Counted from the stretch's first letter, positions 18,767 to 27,116 are shown. The stretch: DNA of 32,000 nt from an uncultured archaeon (GCA_964586355.1 CAZPGO010000011.1:59220-91219); one strand, 5' to 3'. The notes: a model not told the origin generated them from the letters alone. Numbers and translations are program-made.

Positions 18767-19438
18767 ATGAAAAAAAAACTATTTTTCGGTTTAAAAGAGT
18801 TTAATTATTTTAAAGAGAACAAAGTTTTTTTAAAAGAACTTTTAAATCTAGAAAAAAAAGGCATAGATTTTTATCTAATTTTAGGCCAGTATGAAAAGGA
18901 TGTTGATTTTGAAAAATTTAAGGAGTATTTTAAAACCGAAAATATCTTTTATATATCTAAAAAATATTTAGACTCTTTATCAGAGTTAGATAAAAAACTA
19001 AAAGAAGAAAAATATAAAAAATTAAAAAAAAAATATTGTGATGAATATTATAAAATCTTTTTCTTTCAAAAAGAATGTTTATTTAATCAATCAGATATTC
19101 TTTATATAGGTCATGATATTTGGACAGATGGTTACTATCTAAGTAATTTTACTTCAGTAGACTTTGTTTTATTAAAAGATCTTTTAACAAATAATGAACA
19201 CCAAAAAATACCAGAAATAAAAGATCTTTATATTTTAGATTTATCCCTAGATAAAATAAAAGGACATTTATTTTCAGAAAAAACCTATAACTATTTTTTT
19301 CTTAACAATTATGTTAAAAAACAATTGTACTCCCAAATATTTGGAAAAGAATTATTTAATAGCAATCTAAATATTGGAAATATTTTAAAAAAAGATAAAC
19401 ATGAACATAAAAAAAATAAAAGCAATAAGAGTGTTTGA
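18767..19438 (+). CDS. Hypothetical protein
   Basis: 223 aa from ATG 18767 (the track opens at TTG 18758). The 3' end overlaps the enolase start by 38 nt. Confidence 0.55.
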   Translation: MKKKLFFGLKEFNYFKENKVFLKELLNLEKKGIDFYLILGQYEKDVDFEKFKEYFKTENIFYISKKYLDSLSELDKKLKEEKYKKLKKKYCDEYYKIFFFQKECLFNQSDILYIGHDIWTDGYYLSNFTSVDFVLLKDLLTNNEHQKIPEIKDLYILDLSLDKIKGHLFSEKTYNYFFLNNYVKKQLYSQIFGKELFNSNLNIGNILKKDKHEHKKNKSNKSV

Positions 19439-20654
19439 TTCCAGAGGATATCCAACACTAAAAACTTTTGTATATACAGATCACCAGATAACTGGGGCTT
19501 CTGTTCCATCAGGAACAAGTGCTGGAAATAAGGAAGCTGTTGAATTAAGAGATAATACAAAAGCTTTATTTGGAAAAGATGTTACAAAAGCCATAAAAAA
19601 TGTAAACAACATTATAGGTCCAAGACTAGAAGGAGAGTTTTTATTAGATCAAACAAGAATTGATCATTTGATGATGGAGTTAGATGGAACCAATAACAAA
19701 TCCAGACTAGGATCAAATGCTATACTTTCTGTTAGTGAAGCTGTGTGTAGGGCAGCAAGCAAAGAAATTGAAATTCCTCTTTATCAATATATTGCAAGAT
19801 TAAATAATAAAAAAACAGATAAAAAAACCCCATTTCCAAAACCATTACTAAATATAATAAATGGTGGAGAACATGCAGGTTCTGACCTTGCCTTTCAAGA
19901 ATTTCAAATACTTCCAAAAAAGAAAAAGATTTCAGATAATATTATGATCTCTGCAGAGATCTATTTACAGCTAAAGGAAATAATTTCAAAAAAATATGGT
20001 GCTTCTTCAATTAATGTAGGATATGAGGGTGGTTTTGCTCCAAACATAACAGATCCAAAAATAGCTTTAGATCTAATTGAAAAAGCCATAACAAAAGCAG
20101 GTTGTTCTAAAGAAGTATTTTTAGGTCTTGATTGTGCTGCAAATTCTTTTTATAATCCAAAGAGTAAGAAATATTTTGTAAATACCAAATATTATTCTTC
20201 ATCTCAATTGTTAGAATACTATGCAGATCTATTAAACAACTACAAACAACTTAAATCCATAGAAGATCCATTTTATGAAGAAGATAAAAATTCTTGGAAA
20301 GAGTTTACTAAAAAGTATTCTTCTAAAATAAATATTATTGGAGACGATCTTTTAGTAACTAACCCAAAATTAATAAAAGAAGGGATACAAAAGAAATATT
20401 GTAACTCTTTATTACTAAAACCAAACCAAATAGGAACAATAACAGAAAGTATAAAAGCATTTAATCTTGCAAAAGCAAATGATTGGAAAGTAATAGTCTC
20501 TCACAGATCAGGAGAAACAGAAGATTCTTTTATTTCTGATTTTGCTTTTGGGGTGTTTAGTGATTATGTTAAATTTGGTGCTCCTGCAAGAAGTGATAGA
20601 AATGCAAAATATAATAGGCTTTTGGAGATTGAAGAGGTTTTTTTAGAAAGATAA
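19401..20654 (+). CDS. eno: Enolase (phosphopyruvate hydratase)
   Basis: 417 aa. N-terminal IRVFDSRGYPTL, SHRSGETEDSFISDFAFG, LLLKPNQIGT. Confidence 0.92.
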   Translation: MNIKKIKAIRVFDSRGYPTLKTFVYTDHQITGASVPSGTSAGNKEAVELRDNTKALFGKDVTKAIKNVNNIIGPRLEGEFLLDQTRIDHLMMELDGTNNKSRLGSNAILSVSEAVCRAASKEIEIPLYQYIARLNNKKTDKKTPFPKPLLNIINGGEHAGSDLAFQEFQILPKKKKISDNIMISAEIYLQLKEIISKKYGASSINVGYEGGFAPNITDPKIALDLIEKAITKAGCSKEVFLGLDCAANSFYNPKSKKYFVNTKYYSSSQLLEYYADLLNNYKQLKSIEDPFYEEDKNSWKEFTKKYSSKINIIGDDLLVTNPKLIKEGIQKKYCNSLLLKPNQIGTITESIKAFNLAKANDWKVIVSHRSGETEDSFISDFAFGVFSDYVKFGAPARSDRNAKYNRLLEIEEVFLER

Positions 20655-20761
20655 ACAGATATTTATTAATTTTAAAAAGTTAACATTTTACGAAACATTT
20701 AAAAATAAATTTATATGTTAAATATATACTATTAATTAAAAATAGAGGAAAATTGATAATT

Positions 20762-21607
20762 ATGGCAAAAGATTTAGGTGACGATTTTGGATCTGATTTC
20801 AGCGGAGATGATTTTAAGGCTTCTGCTGGTGGATCAAAAATAAAATGGGAAAATATTATTCCAATAGCAGTTATTGTTATTGTTTTGGCATTAATATTAT
20901 TTAAAACAAATGTATTTTCAGGAGGATTGCCATTTACTTCCACAGGCACTGGTTCTAATATTTTAGTAATTGGTTCTCCAAGTGTAGAGTTTAAGAATGT
21001 TTTATATGACCCAGAAAATAAAGATCTAATAAAACAAGTAAGATTTGTAAATATTGAGTCTATTGAAAGAAATCCCAAAGAAGCAATCAAAGGCTATAAT
21101 ATTATTATTTTAGATCAATCTCTTCAAACAGATAAATCCATAACTAGAAGAGTAGGAGATGCTCTTAAAAGTTATGTAAATTCAGGTGGTAAGTTAATAG
21201 TTGTTCTAAATTCAGGAATAGAAAGACCAGGAGATATTTCGGTTCTTGGTTGGCAGGCAAACTTAGGTAACATAGTTCCAGTTTCTTGTGATAAAATAAT
21301 ATTTGGAACCCCTTCTTGTAAGAAAGAATATTTTGTACAAGGAATAATTTACAGAGCATTTGATCATCCAATAATGGATGGAATAGAAAGAGCACCAGCA
21401 TTAGATAGCTCAGGTCTATACAACACATCAACTTTTGATGTTTCTGTTCTTGGAAGAGAGATTGCATATTTAGAAGATGCTAGAACCGGTCAAACTTTCC
21501 CTGCAATTGTTGAAAAATCAATGATTATGGGAAAAGTAATTTATTTTAATTACAATCCTGGTTTAAGTAAAGCAATCTTTGTAAACACTTTAAAATATTT
21601 AAGATAA
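20762..21607 (+). CDS. Hypothetical membrane-anchored protein; the extracytoplasmic domain may have a class-I glutamine-amidotransferase-like (DUF1355/ThuA-like) fold
   Basis: 281 aa from ATG 20762. TM IIPIAVIVIVLALILF. YNIIILDQS...LKSYVNSGGKLIVV pattern. The fold guess is weak. Confidence 0.6.
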   Translation: MAKDLGDDFGSDFSGDDFKASAGGSKIKWENIIPIAVIVIVLALILFKTNVFSGGLPFTSTGTGSNILVIGSPSVEFKNVLYDPENKDLIKQVRFVNIESIERNPKEAIKGYNIIILDQSLQTDKSITRRVGDALKSYVNSGGKLIVVLNSGIERPGDISVLGWQANLGNIVPVSCDKIIFGTPSCKKEYFVQGIIYRAFDHPIMDGIERAPALDSSGLYNTSTFDVSVLGREIAYLEDARTGQTFPAIVEKSMIMGKVIYFNYNPGLSKAIFVNTLKYLR

Positions 21608-21726
21608 ATTTTTTATCTTACTTTTTTCTTAATTTTTTAATATTTATATCAAAAGATCTCTTTTTTTAGAAATTTGTAAAATCATTAACCTTTATAAATT
21701 ATTTCATACTATAATTTATAATATAC

Positions 21727-21750
21727 TATTTATGAAAAATTTCATAAATA
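21727..21750. promoter_or_regulatory. Perfect 11-bp inverted repeat upstream of the L1-P0-P1 operon
   Basis: tatttatgaaa-aa-tttcataaata, about 70 nt upstream of the rpl1 TTG start. It could be an operator or an RNA hairpin, or chance in AT-rich DNA. Confidence 0.25.
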
Positions 21751-21819
21751 AACAAAGTAAATATTCTTAACTTAGAATATTAACTCCGTTAAGACTGCTT
21801 ATATGCAGGAGGTGCTAAT

Positions 21820-22500
21820 TTGGATACAAGCGTTTTAGAAAAAAAGGCCTTTATAAAGGTAATAGACGAGTTGAAAAGCAAGTCTAAACAGCGTAAATTT
21901 GATGAAGCTGTAGAACTAATTTACACTTTAAAAAATATTAATGTAAAAAACAGAGATCAAAGAATAGAATTATCTGTAAATTTACCACATCCGTATTTAG
22001 AGAAAGTTAGTTCATTAGTTTTTGTTAAAGATAAAAACTTAGCTTCTGAGTTAAAAGGAGTTGTAGATAAAATAATTTTGGATGAAGAAATTCCTAAAAT
22101 TTCCAAAAAAGAAGCAAAAAAACTGGCAGAAGAACACAAAGTGTTTTTAGCAGAAGGTCCAGTTATGCTAACTGTTGGTAAACATTTAGGACAGGTATTA
22201 AGTCCAAGAGGTAAGATGCCTTTAATTGCTCCACCTAACATTAATGCAATTAAATCAATAATTAACTCTACAGTTTCTCAACAGAAGATAAGTAATAAAA
22301 AAAGCAAAACATCTGTTGCTATTCAAACAAAAGTTGGTAAAAGAAGTCAAAGTTCTTTGGATTTAGCAGAAAATTGTGTTGTTATAACAAGAGCAATTAT
22401 TGATAAGTTACCAGTTGGAGAACAAAACTTAAAATCAGTTTATATAAAATCAACTATGAGTGGCACAATAAATTTAGAGGCAGTAGGTGGTAAGAAATGA
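21820..22500 (+). CDS. rpl1: 50S ribosomal protein L1 (uL1)
   Basis: 226 aa. TTG start preceded by AGGAGGTG. KRKFDEAVELIYTLK and GKHLGQVLSPRGKMP motifs. Confidence 0.9.
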   Translation: MDTSVLEKKAFIKVIDELKSKSKQRKFDEAVELIYTLKNINVKNRDQRIELSVNLPHPYLEKVSSLVFVKDKNLASELKGVVDKIILDEEIPKISKKEAKKLAEEHKVFLAEGPVMLTVGKHLGQVLSPRGKMPLIAPPNINAIKSIINSTVSQQKISNKKSKTSVAIQTKVGKRSQSSLDLAENCVVITRAIIDKLPVGEQNLKSVYIKSTMSGTINLEAVGGKK

Positions 22501-23252
22501 AACACACAAAGCCTTGGAGAGAATCCCAAACAAAAGAAATTGGTCAATTGATCAGTAGCTATAAAGTTGTTGGGATAGGGGATTTGAATAATTACCCTGC
22601 AAACTTACTAGCAAAGTTAAAAAAGAATATGGTTGATGCTGTTTTTAAGGTAACTTCAAAAATTTCATTAAAAAGAGCATTAGAAGAAACAAATAATAAA
22701 GATTTGTTAGAAAACTTACCTAATCAACCAATATTGATTTTAACAAACAACAATGCTTTTGAGTTGTATGGTAAAATTAAGAAAAACAAAGCTAGATCTA
22801 AAGCAAAAATAGGAATGATCTCCCCAGTTGATATTGTTGTACCAGCTGGAGATACAGGACTTCCACCAGGCCCAGCACTTTCTGATTTAAAGAAAGTTGG
22901 TATTAAGGCACAGGTTAAAGGAGCAACAATATTTGTTCCAAATGACACAACCATAGCTAAAGTTGGAGATGTTATTACAAGTGATGTTGTAAGCACACTT
23001 TCAAAGTTAGATATTAAACCTATGCAATTAATGCTTGATGTTGTGGCAGTAAAAGAAGATAATTTAATTTACGGAAAAGATGTTTTAGATGTTGATGCTG
23101 AAACAATAGTAAACAATATTATCTTAGCAGTAAGATCTAGTATGAACTTAGGTATTGAAGTTGGTTATATTTGTGAAGATACAATAGAGCCAATGATTAT
23201 AAAAGCAGAATTAGAGGCAAAAGCACTAGATGCTTTGGCAAATAAAAATTAA
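22497..23252 (+). CDS. rplP0: 50S ribosomal stalk protein P0 (uL10), unusually short
   Basis: 251 aa. ATGA start/stop overlap with rpl1. Domain II motif VPAGDTGLPPGPALSDLKKVGI. The protein ends after one GYI.EDTIEP..IKAE.EAKAL helix unit and has no acidic tail. Confidence 0.88.
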   Translation: MKHTKPWRESQTKEIGQLISSYKVVGIGDLNNYPANLLAKLKKNMVDAVFKVTSKISLKRALEETNNKDLLENLPNQPILILTNNNAFELYGKIKKNKARSKAKIGMISPVDIVVPAGDTGLPPGPALSDLKKVGIKAQVKGATIFVPNDTTIAKVGDVITSDVVSTLSKLDIKPMQLMLDVVAVKEDNLIYGKDVLDVDAETIVNNIILAVRSSMNLGIEVGYICEDTIEPMIIKAELEAKALDALANKN

Positions 23253-23269
23253 TTTAGGAGTGTGTAAAT

Positions 23270-23557
23270 ATGGATTATATATACGCAGTTTTGTTACTAC
23301 ACAAAACAAAAAAAGAAATAACAGAGGCAAATATCAAAGCAGTACTAACATCTGCTGGGGTTTCTGTTGATGATGCAAAAGTTAAAGGACTTGTAGCAAC
23401 TTTAAAAGATATAAATATTGAAGATGCAATCAGTAAAGCAGCAATGCCAGTTGCAGCAGCACCAGTTGCTCAAGAAACAAAGAAAGAAGAAGTTGCTGAA
23501 GAGCCAGTTGTTTCCGAAGAATCAGCTGCAGAAGGATTAAGTTCCTTATTTGGTTAA
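23270..23557 (+). CDS. rpl12: 50S ribosomal stalk protein P1 (archaeal L12)
   Basis: 95 aa. [11 protein letters not shown] start, Ala/Pro hinge, acidic C-terminus ending [17 protein letters not shown] upstream. Confidence 0.92.
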   Translation: MDYIYAVLLLHKTKKEITEANIKAVLTSAGVSVDDAKVKGLVATLKDINIEDAISKAAMPVAAAPVAQETKKEEVAEEPVVSEESAAEGLSSLFG

Positions 23558-23581
23558 TTTCTTTTAACTTTTCTTTTTCTT

Positions 23582-23640
23582 TTATTTTTTTGCAACAATT
23601 ATCATAGTATTTAGATATTTATATTTTAATTCTACTTTTT
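23582..23640. repeat. Direct repeat copy A (59 bp): an orphan duplicate of the methyltransferase 3' end
   Basis: 58/59 identical to 24203-24261, offset exactly 621 bp. The single difference is G23614 versus A24235. On the minus strand it reads KVELKYKYLNTMIIVAKK-stop. Confidence 0.9.
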
Positions 23641-23776
23641 GTAATTTTTATTGTTTTTCCACTGGACAAGACCCCTTCCAAAAAGAATATTATTCGCTAA
23701 TTTATATATATTTAATAAAAGAAAAGGTTTTAATTATTTGGGATATAAATATATTACCTATTAAGGAGGTGTATTT

Positions 23777-24040
23777 ATGAATAAAAAAAATATTCTTCAT
23801 TATCCTAACTTAAAAACTGTTCTTGAAGTTGAAGATATTATAAAAAATGCGAAACTTCCTTTAACTAGATATCAAATTATAAAAAAATTAAAAAACAAGA
23901 TTATGAAGCAGACACTTAATGTAATAATTGATTATCTTGATAATAAAGGAATTATTTTTGATAGTAAAAAAGGCATTTTTTGGACATATCAAGCAAAAGA
24001 AAAATTAGATAAAAGGATTAAAAAAGGACTAAATTTATGA
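23777..24040 (+). CDS. Small wHTH-like DNA-binding protein, putative antitoxin/regulator of the cassette
   Basis: 87 aa. Strong SD AAGGAGGTG. LTRYQIIKKLKNKIMKQTLNVIIDYLDNKGIIF looks like a winged helix. ATGA overlap with the next ORF. Confidence 0.6.
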   Translation: MNKKNILHYPNLKTVLEVEDIIKNAKLPLTRYQIIKKLKNKIMKQTLNVIIDYLDNKGIIFDSKKGIFWTYQAKEKLDKRIKKGLNL

Positions 24041-24192
24041 AAGAAGTAAAGGTTGTATTTGAAGGTGATGCAAAAGAAGAATATCTTAAACTTAAAAAAA
24101 TGGTCCAAATAGATATTCAAATTATTTGTTTTGTCTTAGAATATGGTGATCATAATAAATATAATGATTTATTTGGATTTAAGAAAAAATAA
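24037..24192 (+). pseudogene. Internally deleted RelE/ParE-like toxin remnant (51 codons, absent from the ORF track)
   Basis: MKEVKVVFEGDAKEEYLKLKK (toxin-like N-terminus) is joined directly to IQIICFVLEYGDHNKYNDLF (toxin-like C-terminal strand and H..Y). The roughly 35-40 aa core between them is missing. Confidence 0.4.
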
Positions 24193-24202
24193 TGTGTGAA
24201 AA

Positions 24203-24261
24203 TTATTTTTTTGCAACAATTATCATAGTATTTAAATATTTATATTTTAATTCTACTTTTT
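24203..24261. repeat. Direct repeat copy B (59 bp): the resident 3' end of the methyltransferase pseudogene
   Basis: See copy A. On the minus strand it encodes the last 18 codons plus stop of the methyltransferase reading frame. Confidence 0.9.
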
Positions 24262-24923
24262 TAAAACCAACATTTTTTAACCACTTTATCTGGTTCTGTA
24301 TTGAATCTGGTCTGTCTTCTTTAGAATAAAGATTAATCCACCAATTATCTTTGTCATTTTCAAAATTTTTTTTAAAAGGAACGATCTGTATTTTTATTCT
24401 ATATTTTTGGTATCTTCTTTATTATCTCCAATAAAAATATCATTTAAAATAAAAATGCCAGTTGGTTTTAGTAAATGCCAAATTTTTTTTTAAATATATT
24501 TTCTTTATTTTTTATGTGATGTATAGTTAATGTGCTAATAATTAAATCATATTTATTTTCAAATATTTTTGTTTCTATGTCTCCCAATAAATAATTTATA
24601 TTTTGTGTATTTAATCTTTTTTTTGCAACAGTTATCATTTTTTTAGAAACATCTAATGCATCTATATTTGCTAATGGGAATTTAGTGATAACTGCTAATG
24701 TTGTGTTTCCAGTTCCAACTCCAACATCCAAAACTGTAAAACTTTTTTTAAAGGAAAATGGAATTTCATTTATTGCAATTATGGGCATGTGTTTGTACCT
24801 TGGAATTACTTTAGTTACTTCTTAATTATAATCCTCTGCTTCATTATCAAAATGTGATTTTATTAATTTTTTGTGTTTTTTGTATTCTATAACTATGTAA
24901 AACAATTTATAAACTATTTTCAT
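24203..24923 (-). pseudogene. Class I SAM-dependent methyltransferase, disrupted by one in-frame stop and two frameshifts
   Basis: Minus-strand pieces: MKIVYK..HFDNEAEDYN-TAA(24822-24824)-EVTKVIPRYKHMPIIA..VLDVGVGTGNTT..TIHHIKNKENIFKKK; frameshift at the T9 run (24483-24491); WHLLKPTGIFILNDIFIGDN..; second frameshift near 24400; ..NWWINLYSKEDRPDSIQNQIKWLKNVGFKKVELKYKYLNTMIIVAKK. The track shows only the 106-aa middle piece (24468-24788). Confidence 0.8.
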
Positions 24924-24939
24924 ATTTATTATTAATAAT

Positions 24940-26505
24940 ATGACAGAATATGTAGATCACAAATTAGTAAAAAAAAATAAAGTTCAAAAAAGATTATATC
25001 AAGAACTATTAACTGCAAAAGCCTTGGAAAAAAACACACTAGTAGTTGCACCAACTGGATTAGGTAAAACAATAGTTGCTGTTTTGGTTATTGCTTATAC
25101 TTACAATAAAGATAAGTCCGTATTATTATTATCCCCTACAAAACCATTAATCACTCAACATTTCAAAAGTTTAATAGATCTTCTAGAACTACCAAAAGAA
25201 AAAATAATTCTTTTAACTGGAGAAATAGATCCAAAAAAAAGAAAAGATCTCTATAATAAAAAAGGTCTAATTATTTGTGCAACTCCTCAAACTATTGATA
25301 ATGATTTAAACAATAACTATATTGATCAAGGAAATTTTAATTTAATTATTTTTGATGAAGCACACAGAGCAACAAAAAATTATGCTTATTGTAATATTTC
25401 TAAATATTTTGAAAATAACCTAAAAAGATTAGCATTAACAGCATCTCCTGGATTTAATAAACAAAAAATAGAAGAGGTGTCAGAAAATCTAAAGCTAGAT
25501 CATATTGAGATAAGAACAGAATTTGATATTGATGTTGTTGATTACATTAAAGATGTAGAAATTGACACAAAATATATAGATCTAGATCCTCATTCAAAAC
25601 AAGTATCTTCTATAATAGATCAAATAATTTCAAAAAAAATAGAACTTTTACAAAAATTTGGTTTTAAGCTAACCACAAATTTTTCAAAAAAACAAATACT
25701 TGAAATTCAAAAAAACATTTTTGCAAGAATAAATAATTCTAAAAAAAATCCTTTGTATTTTATAGCAATCTCTCAAATAACACAGATAACAAAAATACTA
25801 CATGCAAAAGAGTTAATAGAAACGCAAGGTTTTTTTTCTTTTCAAAATTATATAAATAAATTGATATTAGAATCAAAACAAACCTCAGCAAGCAAATCCA
25901 TAAAACAACTAGTAAATTCTGAAGATTTTATAACTTTAAAAAACTATTTAGAAAAAAATAAGAGCTCCTTAAAATATAACAAAGAAGAAGAACTGTTAAA
26001 AATATTAAATAACTTTATTTTAAAAAGCCCAAACTCCAAAATACTAGTTTTTAGTAATTTTAGAGATAATGCTAGTCATCTAGTAACCGTAATAAACAAA
26101 AATAAAAATCTTAAAGCTGTGAGATTTGTTGGACAAGCCACAAAAATTAATGATAAGGGATTAAGCCAAAAAGAACAAATAAAAATAATTTCCGAATTTA
26201 AGGAAGGAATTTATAATTGTCTGGTCTGCACCTCTGTTGGAGAAGAAGGCCTTGATATACCCTCAGTGGATCTAGTCTTGTTCTATGACTCTGTACCCTC
26301 AGAAATAAGAAATATTCAAAGAAGAGGAAGAACAGGACGATTTAATGTAGGTAAAGTTGTTCTTTTAATAAACAAGGACACCATAGACGAAAAATATTAT
26401 TATGTTTCACAAAATAAGGAAAGAAAAATGAAAAAATATTTATCAAATTATAATTCTAAAAAACCAAGTAAAAAGAAAAAGCAAAAAACCATTCTTGATT
26501 TTTAG
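24940..26505 (+). CDS. hef: Hef/FANCM-type SF2 helicase, encoded without a nuclease domain
   Basis: 521 aa. Motif I APTGLGKT, motif II FDEAH, motif III TASP, motif VI QRRGRTGR. Lys-rich tail ends in QKTILDF. Confidence 0.85.
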   Translation: MTEYVDHKLVKKNKVQKRLYQELLTAKALEKNTLVVAPTGLGKTIVAVLVIAYTYNKDKSVLLLSPTKPLITQHFKSLIDLLELPKEKIILLTGEIDPKKRKDLYNKKGLIICATPQTIDNDLNNNYIDQGNFNLIIFDEAHRATKNYAYCNISKYFENNLKRLALTASPGFNKQKIEEVSENLKLDHIEIRTEFDIDVVDYIKDVEIDTKYIDLDPHSKQVSSIIDQIISKKIELLQKFGFKLTTNFSKKQILEIQKNIFARINNSKKNPLYFIAISQITQITKILHAKELIETQGFFSFQNYINKLILESKQTSASKSIKQLVNSEDFITLKNYLEKNKSSLKYNKEEELLKILNNFILKSPNSKILVFSNFRDNASHLVTVINKNKNLKAVRFVGQATKINDKGLSQKEQIKIISEFKEGIYNCLVCTSVGEEGLDIPSVDLVLFYDSVPSEIRNIQRRGRTGRFNVGKVVLLINKDTIDEKYYYVSQNKERKMKKYLSNYNSKKPSKKKKQKTILDF

Positions 26506-26521
26506 ATTGTTTTAAAAAAAG

Positions 26522-26550
26522 AACTTATCTCAACTTATATAGAATAAGTT
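26522..26550. promoter_or_regulatory. Candidate operator/promoter of the RelE-type TA operon
   Basis: aacttat occurs at 26522 and 26532 (10-bp spacing) and inverted as ataagtt at 26544. The palindrome cttat-ataga-ataag overlaps a TATA-like ttatata, 35-60 nt upstream of the GTG start. Confidence 0.4.
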
Positions 26551-26584
26551 AAAATGATTTAAGTGTTTTAAAATAAATAAAATC

Positions 26585-26833
26585 GTGAATGTAAATTTAA
26601 AAATTTCAGATTATTCAAATAGAGTTTTAGGTGTGGTAAAAGAGAAGTATGGTTTTAAAGATAAATCTCAAGCCCTAAATAAGATTTTAGATTTGTATGG
26701 TGCTGATTTTGTAGAAAAAGAAATTAAAGAAGATGTTTTAAAAGGTTTTTTAGCAGAAATAGACAAAGTAGAAAAAAACAAAATAAAATCTGTTTCTTTT
26801 AAAGAATTAGATAAAATTTGTGAACTAGAATAA
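26585..26833 (+). CDS. Putative antitoxin (ribbon-helix-helix-like N-terminus)
   Basis: 82 aa, GTG start. VNLKISDYSNRVLGVVKEKYGFKDKSQALNKILDLY has a strand-helix-helix pattern. A 1-nt gap separates it from the downstream toxin ORF. Confidence 0.55.
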   Translation: MNVNLKISDYSNRVLGVVKEKYGFKDKSQALNKILDLYGADFVEKEIKEDVLKGFLAEIDKVEKNKIKSVSFKELDKICELE

Positions 26834-26834
26834 A

Positions 26835-27110
26835 ATGTTTAAACCAATTTTATCTTATCAATCAGAAGAACAGATAAAACAGTTAGTCAAAAAAGACAAA
26901 TCTTTAGTACTTATAATTAATAAAAAAATAAAACAGATTTGCTTATGTGATCTTGAAACCATAGACTACTATAAAAATTTAAGGCACGATCTTTCTGACT
27001 GTAAAAAAGTACATATTGACAAGTCTTTTGTGATGTTGTTTAAAGTAAATAAAAAAAGCAAAGAAATCATTTTCTATAAAATAAATCATCGTGATTTAGC
27101 ATACAAGTGA
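26835..27110 (+). CDS. RelE/ParE-superfamily toxin
   Basis: 91 aa. ..YKNLRHDLSDCKKVHIDKSFVMLFKVNKKSKEIIFYKINHRDLAYK fits L...l.g....rig.yRliy.v.....i.i..i.hR...Y. Confidence 0.65.
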   Translation: MFKPILSYQSEEQIKQLVKKDKSLVLIINKKIKQICLCDLETIDYYKNLRHDLSDCKKVHIDKSFVMLFKVNKKSKEIIFYKINHRDLAYK

Positions 27111-27116
27111 ATAAAA

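Noticed and set aside
18767-19438. A HAD-superfamily hydrolase call for the 223-aa protein, based on ILYIGHDIWTD resembling HAD motif IV.
   Set aside because: The N-terminal DxD nucleophile motif is absent (LFFGLKEF) and the other motifs are not recognisable, so I left it as hypothetical.
21784-21812. A specific L1-binding rRNA-mimic hairpin in the rpl1 leader (CTCC...CTGC-loop-GCAG-GAGG).
   Set aside because: The outer stem competes with the inner stem for G21808, leaving only 3-4 bp per stem, and I cannot match the known L1 recognition motif by eye. I kept it only as part of a low-interest leader-structure note.
24618-24638. A third partial copy of the repeat core (tttttttgcaacaGttatcat, 20/21 match) inside the methyltransferase pseudogene.
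   Set aside because: It encodes MITVAKK in the methyltransferase body, versus MIIVAKK at the C-terminus, and the similarity does not extend on either side. It may be chance or microhomology, and I cannot tell which without genome-wide statistics.
24822-24824. The in-frame TAA in the methyltransferase as evidence for stop-codon reassignment or readthrough.
   Set aside because: TAA, TAG and TGA all terminate well-conserved genes in this window at the expected lengths. The same gene also carries two frameshifts, so pseudogenisation is the simpler reading.
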